The notes: generated from the letters alone by a model not told the origin. Counted from the whole stretch's first letter, positions 38,808 through 52,868 are shown. The stretch: 64,000 bases of DNA, filler included, from Dirinaria sp. TL-2023a (GCA_051941275.1; 10 parts of 10 records of this genome joined end to end with filler, not necessarily neighbours in it), one strand, 5' to 3'. Numbers and translations: made by a program.

Positions 38808-40121
38808 CTACCTCGCCTCGGAATAATCATTCAACGCGACACACACGGCGCCCCTGTGGTGGCCGTTATACTGCCTGATGACGGCCTGCGTGCCCAGCTC
38901 CCACAGCCGCGCGTAGTGGTCGCTGCAGGCCGTGACGAGGTACGCGCTGTCGGCGCTGAAGGCGCAGTCCCAGACCCAGCGCTGGTGGCTCTCGAGGCTG
39001 GCCTCGAGCGGGAAACCGGGGGATTTTTTGTCTTCGATCTCGGATCCCCCTCCTCCTGCTCCTCCATGTCCGGGTCCCGTGTACCCGTTCACGGCCCCGT
39101 TGGTGATGCTCGGGTGCGCGATGCCGTTGGTCATGTTCTCGGATGACGGGGGCGGGGACCGGATGCTGCTCAGGGTTGTCGACGAGGAGGAGGTCATGGC
39201 TGCTGCTGCTGGGTTGGTGACGACGGTCCAGATGCGCGCGTTGTGGTCGGCGCTGCAGGTCGCGAGGTGTCGCACGTCTGGGGAGAGGAGCACGCGTGTT
39301 ATGTAGGCTGTGTGTGCGGCGAAGGAGCATACAGGGACCAGGGAGGTGACGTCCCGGCTTTGGATCAGTTTCCAGACGTAGACGTTGCCCTACAGTTGGA
39401 AGCGATGGATTTTGGGGATGCGGTTAGTGGTTGCTGGCGGTACGGGGGGGGTTTTTTTTGTGGATAGTAGAGGAATGGATGTGAAGTATGTGAAGTAGGA
39501 GGTTGAGAGAAATTTTCTTACGGAATTGTTGCCTGCGCATAATAGTGTGCCGTCGCTGGCCACGGTGACACTGGAGACTGAGACGTCTTCCTCCGGTATC
39601 AGCTGGTGCGTGCACTTATTCTCTCCCAAATCCCATATCCGCACATTGCCCCCCCGATCGCAACTTATCAGCTCCCCCTGATTCGGGTGTATGACCACAT
39701 CATTGACCGGACACCCGTGGGGGTAATTCCTCTGTATGCTCCCCGTCCTCGTATCCCAGATTTTGACCGAGTGGTCTTCGGAACTGGTGACCATCCATTT
39801 CCCCTCGCAGTGGAACGCTACGCCGGTTATGTTCCCCGTGTGCCCTTCGAAAGCGAGGAGCGGGTTGGGGTTCGTGGAGCGGATGTCGTAGAGTTTCACG
39901 TTGTGGTTGCCGGCTGCTGCGAGGTAGCGTTTGTCGGGGGAGATGCAGAGGCGGTTTACTTGGGAGTCCGGATGCTGGATCGTGCGGGAACAGATGCCCG
40001 AGAGAGCTTCCCAGAACCGGATCGTGTGGTCGTAGCCAGCTGCCTAGGGTTGAGATTCCGTCGTGAAGTGTGTGTGCTGGAGACCAACTTGAGGCTTACC
40101 GGTACATAGAATGACGCTCAT
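38808..40121 (-). CDS. LST8: TOR complex subunit LST8 (WD40), ~373 aa; exons 40121-40100, 40039-39522, 39389-38808
   Basis: [99 protein letters not shown]. Confidence 0.97.
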
Positions 40122-42806
40122 GTTTGCTCCGCCTTTTTAGGCCGTCCAGCGATTGCAATTGATTGAGAGTCACCTGTTCGATCAGCGAAAGACGAAGATG
40201 ACGGGCTTCGGTGTTGCTGCGTAGCGGGAGTTTCCCCTCTAGCTTGAAAAATATTCCATTGGGAAAGTGCACAGATTAAATATATTGAGATTTGATTGCT
40301 GGTTGCTAACTAGGATCCTATTTACAAGAGACGGTCAACCAGGCAAGATATTATTATTGCCTTGTTTAAGGCTGAACAAGGCGCGGCTAAGCTAGAGGTA
40401 GATATAAAGTCGATTGTGGGGATAGGGCTGGCCATAGGGCGAACAAAACATGACTCAGACACGCAATTGACTTTTACTGCAGATACCGGCGCATCATGAG
40501 TCAACTTGTCGAATCTCGGAGCCTATAAAAGTGTTTCTATCACCATGCTCAATGTTGAAAGGACGGGGAAGTCATTCGACATGCCTCGCATGCATCTTTA
40601 TGTTCGATCTGCACTTATGGCTTCCCGTAGCCCCTGCCTCCCCCTGTCCCTCACCCATGCTCGCCATGCTCTCGCCTTACTGCCACTACCCGTTAAGTCG
40701 TAGACCAAGACACCATATTCCAACGACAATCCATCTTGCCTACGAAACGTCCAATGTTTTGTTGAAGCCCGAGCAAACTCTCCAGATTGAGAAATGAAAA
40801 TGTTTTGGGCTTCGACAACCCTGCGACCTCATTAGCGGAGGCGATGAGAGGGATTGCGAAGCGTTCAAAAGCCAACCACAAAACCTTTCTGGGGGTTCGA
40901 ATCGCCGAACTGAACAAATACATATGGTCCTAGATTCACGGTCATCTTCAAATTCGTAATCACGATGCTGCGCCGTCGCCAATCTGGATCATAGTCGCCC
41001 TCCCATGACGGTAGCTTCTGTGACTCGGTACTTTGTCATTTAACTCTGAGGGCGGAACTGGATGGAGTCTCCCTTAATGACTGCCTCATTGGCTGCTAAG
41101 GAGCAAAATTCTTGACCTGGACTTCTCAAGTATAGGCTGAGTGGGTTTGACGCCTATGAGCCTGCGTAGCTCGTGTCGTTCGGTTCGGATGGGTAATGTA
41201 TCTAATGTTCATCTATTTCCGGAGGAATGGTGGTATTAAGCGGCCTGCGCGCCGAGTCGATCTCTTCGCTCTATCGCCATGGTATATGTCTCTTCATGCT
41301 TACACCGTGGTCTGGCAATCCATGTGCGTTGAAGGTATGTCTAGGCTTCTTGTCATGTCTTTGGCCTGGATGGTTGCTGCCGTCAGTCAGCCTAGGGCAA
41401 AGGTTCCTTTACATCTAGCTTCGCAGATTGATGCCTCCACGAGTGGTACCTCCTGTCGAAGCGACAAGACAAACTATTTTTTCCCTTCTCCTAGCCTAGA
41501 GACCTAGTGATATAGGATTCTATATTCATTGCAGCTTCCAAATAAGCTGCAATGAATGACGAGGTGTTGACTCTCTTCCCAGAAAGAGACTGATATAGTC
41601 TACGGGTCAGAGCCGGGACTGTCACAAATAACAATTCAAAATACATTCGCGTTAAACATTTTAAAAGATTGAAAGAGGGACCGGAGTTTGAGTGAATAAC
41701 GCGAAGTCTTATCATAAGATGTGACTATGGAAGGCCATAGCCAAAGAGTTCACGGAAGAAAGTCCGATATACAGCGATGTTTCCGTCCTCAATACCGTAA
41801 CAATTTCGATCTGGCCGGATGGACTACTTGATAGTCAGAAAAAGGGGCGCTAAAGGAGCTCCTTTGTTGAATCGTCCGCCCGAAAGCATTCACAAAACCA
41901 GCGGCAGGCATTCCCAAGCGAAGCTCAGAGCTGTCATCCTTGCCTCTGATCGACTGCTGGGGCAAATGACTGCCTAAGCCCCTTTCTAAAAATTTCCTTC
42001 TCGCAGCTGACAATTGAACTGTGGTTCGTGGTTGCCAGAGCAATCACCCAAGCTCCATTCAGCCTTCGGCAATCCGTTGGGCGCCAAAATGACTCGGTAT
42101 ATTGTTCTATAGCCTCGTGATAGCAGCCACATCCACCACCAACCGAGCGCTTAGCATCTTCCATCTCGCAGCTAACATGGAGCCATCGCTCGTGTTCAGG
42201 CAACCATAGCGATCCGTTGAGCACAAAAATGCCTCAGTTCATCATTCTATGGCCTTGTCCGAGCAGTCGAACTTGTCGATCGAGCGTCGTTGCCTCTGAG
42301 AGATCGTGTGTTTTCAGGCTTTCAGGTCGAATTAATCGCTCAAATACATGTTCTGGATGCTCAACTTCCTCATGAAGGTCTATTGTCAGTCTAGCCTGCG
42401 ACTAATTCGTACCCGTATGGTCCCGTAGTGTCGTTTGTACGTTGGGGATGCCGCCACTTGCGCGAATTCCGGCTGGAGGCTCGGTCATTGAGCTGATACC
42501 GGTGAGGATTTCCGTCATCCGTCCTTGGTTCTGGTTGAGCAATTTTTGCCGCTCCCCACGTCTGCGTATATAAGAGAGCTCTTTCCCCTCGCTCTCGGTC
42601 TTTCCTTCCTCAGATTCTTCACTACTTAGATGCTGCCTTAATTAAATTTGACCACTTTGTAAACCGCCTTCATCACTCTTGAGCACTTGGTAACTACTTC
42701 CATCAATTGCTCATCATTTGCCAACAGCTTAAGCATCTCTGCTTTACATTCGTAACTTCCCCAAGCCTTCTCTATCTTAAGACATAGGATACTGCCTGAG
42801 TTGATC

Positions 42807-43739
42807 ATGCCTGCCCAACGGACTCAGCCGGGAAAGTTCACCGGAAAAGTTGAGAAAGCTGAAAGTTTACCTTGGACGCTCGACAAAATCAACCATATCA
42901 ACTCAGATATGGATCACAATCTCATGCACATGAACGTCGATGAGAACGACGCGGAGACCATGCCCTCCTCAGTTGCTTCACCGTCTGATCGCACCCCGTC
43001 TATTACCGCATCCAGTACCTCATCCAGAATGTCTTCTGGCTCGGAGAAGATCATCAACCTCGAACTCGTGCATCCGAAACTATGTGACGGCAAGCCAATC
43101 ATCAAAACCCCGCCTGGCCAGAGGAAAGCTGCCGAGGAGAAAGCTGCCGAGGAGAAAGCTGTCGAGAAAACCCCTATCCAGAAGAAAGCTGCCGAGAAGA
43201 AAGCTGTCAAAGAATCCAATTCGGGTCCAGAAATCGACGAAGCCGCCGCAGCTTCGCAATTTGCTAACAACATGGGTATGGAGCACGTGGCCAAATACAT
43301 TGGCTTCACGGACTCGGCGCAGGGACCTGGCATGTGGGCTTTGGTCGGACTCCTTGATTATGTCAACCCTGCTATCGAATTTGCCAATGCCAATGCCAAT
43401 CGAAGCTACCAAGCTTCAAACCAGCAAGCTCCAAACCAGCAAGTACCAAACCAGCAAGTATCAAATCAATCAGGATCAAATCAGCAAGTACCAAGCCACC
43501 AAGCATCACCATACCACCAACTACCGAACTCCCGAGTCCCGAACCAGTATCCCGCGGCACGATCCCAAATGCCCGCTTCCGGTTTTCACGGGTCTAGCAA
43601 TATGAATATCGATGCGTCTCACGCCGCCGCTGCTTCGCAAAACCACTTCCCCCGCGACCCCGGACACTTGGGCCAACGACTACCTGACCAGGGTTATTTG
43701 CAGCCTCATTCGGACTATGCCTTTGGTGACTTCTACTAG
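42807..43739 (+). CDS. Intronless orphan low-complexity protein with KAAEE repeats and a Q/N-rich segment, ~310 aa
   Basis: 933-nt ORF; TATATAAG at 42567 followed by a CT-rich tract; in-frame 15-nt repeats. Confidence 0.55.
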   Translation: MPAQRTQPGKFTGKVEKAESLPWTLDKINHINSDMDHNLMHMNVDENDAETMPSSVASPSDRTPSITASSTSSRMSSGSEKIINLELVHPKLCDGKPIIKTPPGQRKAAEEKAAEEKAVEKTPIQKKAAEKKAVKESNSGPEIDEAAAASQFANNMGMEHVAKYIGFTDSAQGPGMWALVGLLDYVNPAIEFANANANRSYQASNQQAPNQQVPNQQVSNQSGSNQQVPSHQASPYHQLPNSRVPNQYPAARSQMPASGFHGSSNMNIDASHAAAASQNHFPRDPGHLGQRLPDQGYLQPHSDYAFGDFY

Positions 43740-43811
43740 GAAGTTGATGGAGGATTGGCGATAAGAACGTGAGTGATGAATTAAGGTTGTGGAGTTGATG
43801 AAATGGGATGG

Positions 43812-43926
43812 ATTGCACGACGCTGTTGGATTCTGTGTACAGTACTATCACGGTGGGATTGGATTGAATACATTGCACAACCTTGTTGGATTCTGTGTAC
43901 AGTACTATCACCGTGGGATCGGATTG
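43812..43926. repeat. Two-copy 60-nt-period tandem repeat
   Basis: attgcac.ac..tgttggattctgtgtacagtactatcac.gtgggat.ggattg at 43812 and 43872. Confidence 0.9.
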
Positions 43927-44067
43927 TTTGTTGGAAGTTCGCGTTGGAGCAGCATCACCATTAGCTGTCTTCTAAACTTCCTGTACTTAAAACTACTCAA
44001 AAAAACAAAAAAAAAATTTAAATAGAAAAAAACCCAAAAAAAAAAAGCTTTTTAAAAAAATTCCCAA

Positions 44068-45087
44068 TTACTCCTTTTTCCGTCCTAGCCATCCCCTCTT
44101 CCTGCCACCTCGTTGCATCTGTTGCAGCTGATCATGGATCGGCACCTCGCCGTCATGGTAAGCGCTCCGCCTCCCTACCTTCTTGCCCTTCTTCACGTCC
44201 CGTCGACTCGCACAGCAGCAACACATCCCCATCTGCACCAGCCAGCCGACAATCGCGCCCGCGGCGGCAACCCACATGAACGCGAACATCTTGGTGCCGA
44301 CGCTGGCTTTGATGTTGATGTCGGCCCCTTGAGAGTTGATGATGTTGCGGAAGATGATGAAGAGGACAGTGGCGATGATGCAGGCTGCTGTGGTGGTGAG
44401 GGCGCTCAGGAAAGAGAGGAAGGCGATCGGAAGGCTGACGAGACGGGAATAGATGCTTAGGGGTGTGAGGAAGATGCAGAGGAAGGATAGGGGAGCCGCG
44501 GTGAGGAACAGCGCGAACATCCAGTGCGAGGCATCGCGGACGAGGCCAAGGGCTGTTAGGATATCTCTCGGTAAGGCAACTGTTTAGGTCTTTGGATCAG
44601 TTCCCTTTCCTTATTTTTCTTTTTGATATCTGCTAAATTATCGAAATCAAAGACTTACTAGTAGCGCCGGAAAGCAGTTCGCTCAGGATAATCTCGACAG
44701 GGTCGAACCAGTACAGCGTCTTCGGTTTGCTGCAGTTCTCGATCTTCTCCCCATACCCTTCGCAGTAGTTCCACAGCCCGACCTGGTAGAAATCGTGCAG
44801 CCCCAACGTGCGCGCGATGCTGTTGATCAACACCGCGTTCGGCACCGTTTGAGGGACAATATTGGCCAGGCTCAGCTTGAAGAACCAGATGCTCCCCACG
44901 ATCGGCCGCTTGGAGGAGATGTTGCCGACTTCGACGAGGATCAGGAAGACGAGGCTGGTCAGGAAGCAGAAGGACGTGAAGAGCGCGAAGAGCAGGCGGG
45001 TTCGGGTCGCGGATTTGAGGGTGGATTTGGAGGGGGCTTGAGGGGTGGGTTTTTCGGTTGGGGAGCTAGAGGGACGTTGTTTTGTCC
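44068..45087 (-). CDS. SUR7/PalI-family four-TM plasma membrane protein, 5' partial; exons <45087-44659, 44579-44068
   Basis: LVFLILVEVGNI, SIARTLGLHDFYQVGLWNYCEGY (claudin-like GLW..C motif), WFDPVEII, G.KMFAFMWVA, C-terminal CCCC; GTAAGT..CAG intron. Confidence 0.88.
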
Positions 45088-45187
45088 NNNNNNNNNNNNN
45101 NNNNNNNNNNNNNNNNNNNNNNNNNNNNNNNTTAATTAATTAANNNNNNNNNNNNNNNNNNNNNNNNNNNNNNNNNNNNNNNNNNNN
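45088..45187. other. Artificial contig linker
   Basis: N44-TTAATTAATTAA-N44. Confidence 0.99.
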
Positions 45188-45473
45188 CATTTGAGGAATG
45201 GGAGAGATAAAGAGGAACGGTGGGAGTCGGGTAGGAGGAGAAAGGGGATTCAGGTTGAGAAGAAGAGGAAGTCTAGATGCAAGCCAGCGCTTGCTTAGGG
45301 GATTACTGATAGATACCCTGCCTGTTGATGTTGCACGTGCAATAGCAATTGGGTTTTTTTAGAATGGTCGGCTGAAAAAGGGGGCCGCCGACATCTCAAT
45401 TACATGCTTCCAATGCTTGCTATATACAAATTGCCAATGCTGTGTCCCAATTCCGGGGACGTTTTTTTTTTTT

Positions 45474-48400
45474 TTATACATTGCCGCTATATCCACCCAA
45501 CCCTCTCCTCCTCATCCTTGCTCGGTAGAATTTCCGGCCTTCATCTACCCAAAACACGGAACTGGCGATGCCGGCCAGGATGACCAAGTCGCGCACATTC
45601 AATCCTTCGGTCTGAAAGATGCGCTGCAAGAAGGGCAGATAGATCACCGCCATCTGGCCCAAAAGGCTGCCACCGACGGCGAAGTTGAACATCCGGTTAC
45701 CCACAACCTTCAACTCGCCCCTCAAAACGCTTTTGCCCTCGCTCCGGCACGTCAATGCGTTGAACATGTCAAAAAAGACGAAGCAGGTGAATGTCATGGT
45801 CGTGTCTCGGGCCGTGACGGTGCTGTCGGTGGACATTTCGCGGATATAGATGATGATGGTGCCGAGCATGATTATGGATGCGGAGGTCAGCACGCGCTGT
45901 ATCAGAGTGCGGGTGAGGACTCGAGCATTCTTCGCTCGGGGCGGCCGCGACATGATTGCTGGGTCGACAGGCTCAACGCCCAGTGATTGCGCCGGTGGCC
46001 CATCCATCAGTATATCTATAGCCAACGTTAACGGGTTTCCACAATGAGAGACAAGCTTTGGTAGAGACATACTAATCCATAGTATTTGCATTGCATTCAA
46101 AGGATTTCTAAAGCCGAGAAAAGTGCTCAAAAGGACAAGAGACAGGGCTGCGACGCTCGTGCTGAGTTGAAAGGTGATGAAGTTCTGGATATTATAGAAA
46201 ATCCCTTTACCTTCCTCAATGGCACTGAGAATGGTTGAAAAGTCATCGTCCGTAAGGATCATATCTGCTGCCTCTTTAGCGACGTCGGTTCCAAGTAGAC
46301 CCATCGATATGCCGATATCAGCCCTTTTGAGGGCTGGAGCATCGTTCACTCCGTCGCCCGTCATGGCAACAACATCTCCTCGTGACTGAAGTGCCCGAAT
46401 AATCTTCATCTTATGATCCGGGCTTGTCCGTGCGAAAATAGTTGTACCGGACATAGCATTGGCAAGCTCTTCCGCTGACATGCGATCAAGCTCGTCTCCT
46501 CGTAGCACTGGCCGGTGACCCTCTGCAGCACTCGGTCTGGCTGGGTTCAGGGGCATTCCTAATTTTCTCGCAATGGCGAGAGCAGTCGTCTCAGCGTCCC
46601 CTGTAATCATAATCACTTTGACGCCGCCAGCCATAAGCCGTCGAATCGACTTATCGACGCCCTTTCTTGGGGGATCATTCATGCCAACGATACCGGCAAA
46701 TATTAGTCCTTTATACGCGTCTGGGCTGGTCTGGCGATTTGCATTGCGGTCCGACTCGGCGGGTCGTGGTGTTCCACTTCGGCTTGGAGCTTGCGAAGAA
46801 CGCCGAGGAAGATCTCTGTTGGAGCCACTAGCGAAGCCAAGGACTCGCAGGCCATCCTGTGCCATTTTCTCGGCAGCAGATATGGCTGCTTGTCTCCTAG
46901 GCTCGTCAAGGATGATCTCGCGACCTTCCCTTGAGAGATATGTATCGCACCGCTTTAGAATCTGCTCTAAAGCGCCTTTAATGTAAGCAACATCTGGGCC
47001 ACCGCCTAATTCGTTGCTCTGGTTGCCGCCTATAATCACGCCCATCCACTTCCTTTCGGAGCTGAAGGGGGTTTCTGCGCTGCGTGCTCCCAGTCTCTCG
47101 CGCACATCGTCTTCGCCGAAAGCATCCAGTAAGTCTAGCATGGCGACGTCTGTTGGTTGGCCTACCCAACGGCTCTTCGCGCTGGCGGAATTAGGGTCGT
47201 GCCCCAGAGTAGAAGACATGAGTGCTGCTGAAGCTGCCGCCGTCGCAGGTGAGCGACCATGTGCACCGGACAGCCGGGCGTTGTTCGCGATATTCCCAAT
47301 TCGTAAAATAGTCCGGATAACAGGGTCTGGTGTCGACGACGCCAGCTCTTTGTTTACCTCGATCACAGAAGGAGCATCAAAGTGCCACAACTTCGTTACA
47401 GTCATGTGGTTGAGCGTGAGGGTACCTAATTTATTGTCAACCATCATGGATGGGTCTCGGTGTACGACTTAAGCAATACCTGTCTTGTCACTGCAAACAA
47501 CATTGACCGAACCCAGTGTCTCCACACTTGGTAGTCTTCTGACGATCGCGCCTTGCTTCGCCATTCTTAACACACCCAATGCAAGCGTGACGGTGACAAT
47601 AATCGGCAAGCCCTCGGGGATGGCAGCCACAGCAAGCGAAACTCCAATGGTGAACATTTCCAAAGCTTTTCTCCCCTGCCAAATGCCTACGACCATGATT
47701 ATCGCAATGACGGCAAAAGACATGTAGCTGAGCTGCTGACCCAGCTTGTCCATCGCCAATTGCAGAGGCGTTCGCGGGCTTTCGATTTCTTGCAATGAAG
47801 CAGATATGGCGCCGAACTCCGTGGATCCTCCCGTACCGATCACTAGACCCTGGCCATGTCCTGAACGGACCAGTGTGCCCATGAATGCAATGTTGGTCTG
47901 TTCGTTCAGTCTGATGTCTGTCCCAACGGTTCCTGCTGCTGGGGATGCAAAAGGAGGCGAGTAAGGATTCGCTGGTGCTGCTGGACTCGTGAGAGCTTCA
48001 GCCTGTTTGAGAGCGGGCTCATTCTCCCCAGTGAGGTTCGACTCGTCAATAGACAAATCGGCCGCACGGGTGATCCTGATATCCGCAGGAATGCGATCGC
48101 CAGTGGAAAAGATCACAAGGTCGCCCGGGACAAGCTTTGAAGCAGTTACAGTGGTTGAAGCCTGCTTTGTTGCAGAGACCGAGCTGTCCAAACGACTTTC
48201 CAGCTCAATGCCAATTTCCCCATCTTCTCTCTGGCCTGATCGGTCCCTGCGTGATGTAGCATCAGGAGTACCGCGTATGAGGTGCGCATAGTGTGGCACC
48301 AATCTATTGAGCGCTTCTAGTGATTTTTCTGATCGGTACTCTTGGACGAAGCCCACGGTTACCACAATGGTCACCGCGATTGTAATGCTGACTGCATCGT

Positions 48401-48806
48401 CCAGATTTCCCATGAACCATGATATGACTGCCGATCCAAGAAGGAGCAGGATGAGGGTCTCCTTGAATTGTTTGAGAAATCGCAGCCATAGAGGCTCGGG
48501 CTCTTCGTGCGGGAGCTCGTTGGGGCCATTGTCAAGAAATCGGGCTTCAGCGTCTGACGGCGAAAGGCCATGTGTCAGGGAGGTATTGAGATGCTTTCGG
48601 GTCTGTTCGACGTCGAGTAGAGAATACGCTGAAGTGCCCGACTAACGATTTGATCAGTCAGGCAATGCAAGCTGTAAAAGGGGAGCTCTACGACTCACAG
48701 AGCCAGAGAATATCTGAGGTGTTGCAGGTCTGGGAGAGCGTGGCCGAAAGGCTGATGCTGGACGGTTGGGCGTAGGGAGGGACGATGGAGTGTGTGATCT
48801 CGACAT
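45474..48806 (-). CDS. PMR1: Golgi Ca2+/Mn2+ P-type (SPCA) ATPase, ~1054 aa; exons 48806-48699, 48641-47480, 47425-46073, 46015-45474
   Basis: [81 protein letters not shown]. Confidence 0.96.
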
Positions 48807-49617
48807 TATTTCATGGCTGTGACATGGGTCGAAGTAACGACCACCACCACTGTCGACAACACTTCAGTTTGAAGTGCGTTGCCGGCAGGGGGGAAATCGG
48901 GGGACGTCTCCAGGATGCTGGCGGTAGGATCTGGTTGGTCAATAACAGAGCTTGGTGAAACGAAGGAACACCTTTATGAGTGCAGTCCGCATGGGGCTAC
49001 AATGAAAATGCTGTGCGCGTAGAAAGAGTAAATACACATCTCATTTTTTTCTCGTCCGTGACAGGCGACAGAATAATAATGCGACTGCAACTTACCTAAG
49101 GTGACTTGCCTCGCTTCACGCTTGGGTCTCCGACGTCCGAAACCATCCTGCCGTCATCCCTGCCGCAGATCTGGAGAAAAGAATGTACGAGTACCGACTA
49201 CCGAGGACACTCTGAGACACTCACAGTTTACTACTGTATGTGAATGCCAAGCCGCCAAGCCGCTTACGACTCGCCATTTCGCCAAGTCTTTCACTCGTTC
49301 TCCTCCCAGCCATGTTTCCCTCATTCTTTCCTCTCACCCACCACCTTGCGCCTATCCTTCCCATACATCATTCAACGCGCCCCCATTGGGCTGCTTGCTA
49401 CTTTGCTAAGCTTCTCAACCTCATACAACTGATGCGCGACATAGCTTTCTCTCTCTCTGGCCTCACATTCATACTCGAGGCGGTCGCGACGCGCTACCTA
49501 TCAACAAAAACATAACAACAGAATTCCTCGCTTTGCGCGCCGACTTTTCATCTTCACCAACGCTGATACGTTCTACCAACTCCATCGCGTCAGGCGACAC
49601 GTTGTCGACGAGTGACG

Positions 49618-51500
49618 ATGTTTTACTCAGAGAGCCTCTTATCGAAGACGGGGCCATTGGCCCGCGTCTGGCTCTCTGCCAATCTCGAGCGCAAATTGTC
49701 CAAGACACATATCCTCCAATCGAACATCGAAAGCAGTGTCAATGCCATTGTCGACCAAGGGACTGCGCCAATGGCTCTGCGCCTCAGTGGACAACTCCTC
49801 TTGGGCGTGGTGAGGATATACAGCAGGAAAGCACGATACCTGCTAGACGACTGCAATGAGGCACTACTGAAAATCAAGATGGTCGGCTGATGTGAACCCC
49901 CGAGCAATTGGCATATGCTAACATTTACCAGGCTTTCAGGCCGGGCAACGTTGACCTCCCGGCGAATCTGACCATGCCGAGCGCCGCGGCGCTTACAGTG
50001 GCTGACAAGATCAGTGACCCCATGATGCCCGAGCTCGACCCATCCTTGCTGGACTTCCAGCCCATGGAGATCGATCTCGGTGGCAAGAAAGACGATCCCT
50101 TGAATTGGACGAGCCAAATGCTTTCGGATCCCCTGAGCATAGAACAAGGTCGTCGCGCTGCAGAGCCTAGACCAGACATCTTCGACGAGGACGATATGCA
50201 CGTAGAGCTTGATCTGGATCTTGGCGATGACGAGGGACCGAGTGTTGAGGTTGGACGACGCGCGCCGGCGCCAAGACCTTTTGAAGATTCCCTAATGGAT
50301 AATGTAGACAAATTCCAAAATGATAATCTTGGATTGGATTTTGGAGAAGACGAGCCTGCTCGCAGGCCGGAGGAGAGTCCTGTGCCCTCTTTGATCCCAG
50401 ATAACCCGAACGAGGAAGATCACATGCTGTTAGACGACGGGATGAATGACTTTCAAATGCCTATGGACGACCTAACTTTGAAATTTGGAGGCGAGCCTAT
50501 TGCGCCAACAGATCCTCGATTAGAACGCAACTCTCAGTCGCCTCTCTCATCTGTCCGGTCCAGCGTTGTCCGCACTTTCGCCCTGGATGAAGAGGAGGCG
50601 GATGAGCAGACCATGCAGCAAGCCCACAAAGCCAAGAAACGAAAAGTCCTCCAAGCAGATTCCGCTACGTCAATGTCCAACTCACAGATCAAGGCGCTAC
50701 AAGCAAATCGCGATGCGATTCTAAGACCTACCAACCTACTACCGCGCGACCCGCTTCTGCTGAGCTTAATGAATATGCAGAAGAACGGCGGGTTTGTCTC
50801 CAACATCCTAGGCGACGGACAGACCAAGTCATGGGCTCCTGAACTCCGCGGCTTGCTCTCGTTGGACACGGTGCGGAAATCCGGCGAATTAAAACGCAAA
50901 CGCGATAGCGGGGTCGCAGATGTGGACGAAGAGGAAAACGCAGAAACAGACAAAGTCACCCAGACACAGCCGGACATCCCCGACGACGAAGAGCAATTCC
51001 CTGCCCCCGCAGATAGCTTAGGCGAAGACCCCCTCCAAGGACCCTCAGAACCAGCAACCGACGGGTTGCAACCCCCACCACTCTCCGACATCCCAAATCC
51101 AAACGACCAGCTCGCTGACAGGGACGACGACAACGAAATCTCCCCCATCCGGGACACCTTCGACGACACAACGGCACCAATACTCGACCCTCTCGAATCC
51201 GGCCCCATCTCCATCGGCACCCAGCACGCGGTGCACCTCCTCCGCAACCGCTTCCGCACCTCCACCTCCTCCTCCACCAGCACCACAAACCTAGACCCTG
51301 AACCCCAATCACCAGCCCAGCTCAAAAAAGCCCACACCCTGTTCCAGGACATGCTGCCCGAGCGCAGCACGACTAAAGCGGACGCGACCAAGATGTTCTT
51401 CGAGGTCCTGGTGCTGGCGACTAAGGACGCTGTGAAAGTCGAGCAGAGCGCTAAGGAGCTGGGGGCGCCGTTGAGGATAAGAGGGAAGCGGGGGCTGTGG
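49618..51500 (+). CDS. RAD21: Cohesin kleisin Rad21/Scc1/Mcd1, 3' partial; exons 49618-49881, 49932->51500
   Basis: [46 protein letters not shown]; separase-type sites SIEQGR and SVEVGR; C-terminal [21 protein letters not shown]. Confidence 0.96.
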
Positions 51501-51600
51501 NNNNNNNNNNNNNNNNNNNNNNNNNNNNNNNNNNNNNNNNNNNNTTAATTAATTAANNNNNNNNNNNNNNNNNNNNNNNNNNNNNNNNNNNNNNNNNNNN
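51501..51600. other. Artificial contig linker
   Basis: N44-TTAATTAATTAA-N44. Confidence 0.99.
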
Positions 51601-52868
51601 GGCTATGGGTGGTTATTATTGCTTAGTACTTCCGTGCAGTAAGGTTCTTTCGAAGCGTGAACGCCAAACATGTGTGAGCGAGCGGTTGCACCTGGGAGGA
51701 GCTGAGCTTCCTGTCAGGTAGTCCCGAATTCGCCTACGAAAAGGAAAAAAAAAGAAAACATTCGAGATTATTATTGCACATAGGCAAGCTTGATACTACA
51801 GTCTATCATACCGGTTCCCTCCTCGAATCCGACGAAAATGATGTCTCTGCTATGGTCACCACGGTTTCGGTGTTGCGTTCTTGTGCACCGGTCGCATGTT
51901 TCAAAGAGGGAGGCAGACCACCTTTTGGGCGGCGCATCTTCCTGTCATTCCTGATGATTTCAATCGATTAGCATTGTGGTAATCTCGCTAATCTGCTTTC
52001 GGATTAGTCCATCCTATCCCTGCCCGTCCCCCAAACCCAGCTAGGCTGCTAGCCCCATCCGCGCCATCAGGAAGCAGGGCAGGTGAGGCAGGTAAAGTAA
52101 GGTAAATAAGGTAATGATGTGAACGAACCCAATGGAACTTTCGGACTTTCGATCTTTGTTCACCGAGGTCCCTCTCTTTCGCCATTCAGGGAACCTTCTC
52201 GCTAGAGCACCGGAATTGCCCTGAAACGAACCTGGATGGTCAATCAATCGGTACCATCTGATCACCAGAATGCGTGATATTCAGATGCTACCTAGGTAGT
52301 CAATATTGTGATTCTTACCTTGTGTCTTGAAGGCAGAAGTTGCCTACAATATGATCGTGGATAGAGGGTAGAGCACTTGGAGGAAAGACTCTAACCAGAT
52401 CGTATATTAATAGGTTTCGTCTTGCCTTCCGCCCTCCACAGTACTGTATATCAATTCGGTCCTGTACATAAACCCTATGCGCGTGGGAACCACTTAGTCC
52501 ATGCACCCTAAGGCAAGGTCGTTTACGTCCTCATGTATAGTGAAGTATACCGACCAAAAAAGATACGAGAGGCTAGGTACGATTATACAGTACATAAAGT
52601 ATGCTGTGCACGGCTGTCGACAAAAACGTAATGCACAATCGCCATGACGCGCCAAGCCCCCATTTCCGAGGCCTCTATGTACTGTACTGTACATACTGTA
52701 GAGCACAGAAGAGAACCCATCGGTAGTCGGTACCCAGACAAACCCTTCTACGGTACCGTGCGACATGCATCATACGCAATCAAACGCCACATCCCATCTG
52801 TGGCAGGGCCTCTACACTACAGTATGGGGTACTCATGCAAACGAAAATATCCGAACCTTACCTTTACC

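Noticed and set aside
40300..42400. Short ORFs upstream of LST8
   Set aside because: Fragmentary, in multiple frames, with no family signal; may be decayed coding DNA but cannot be supported.
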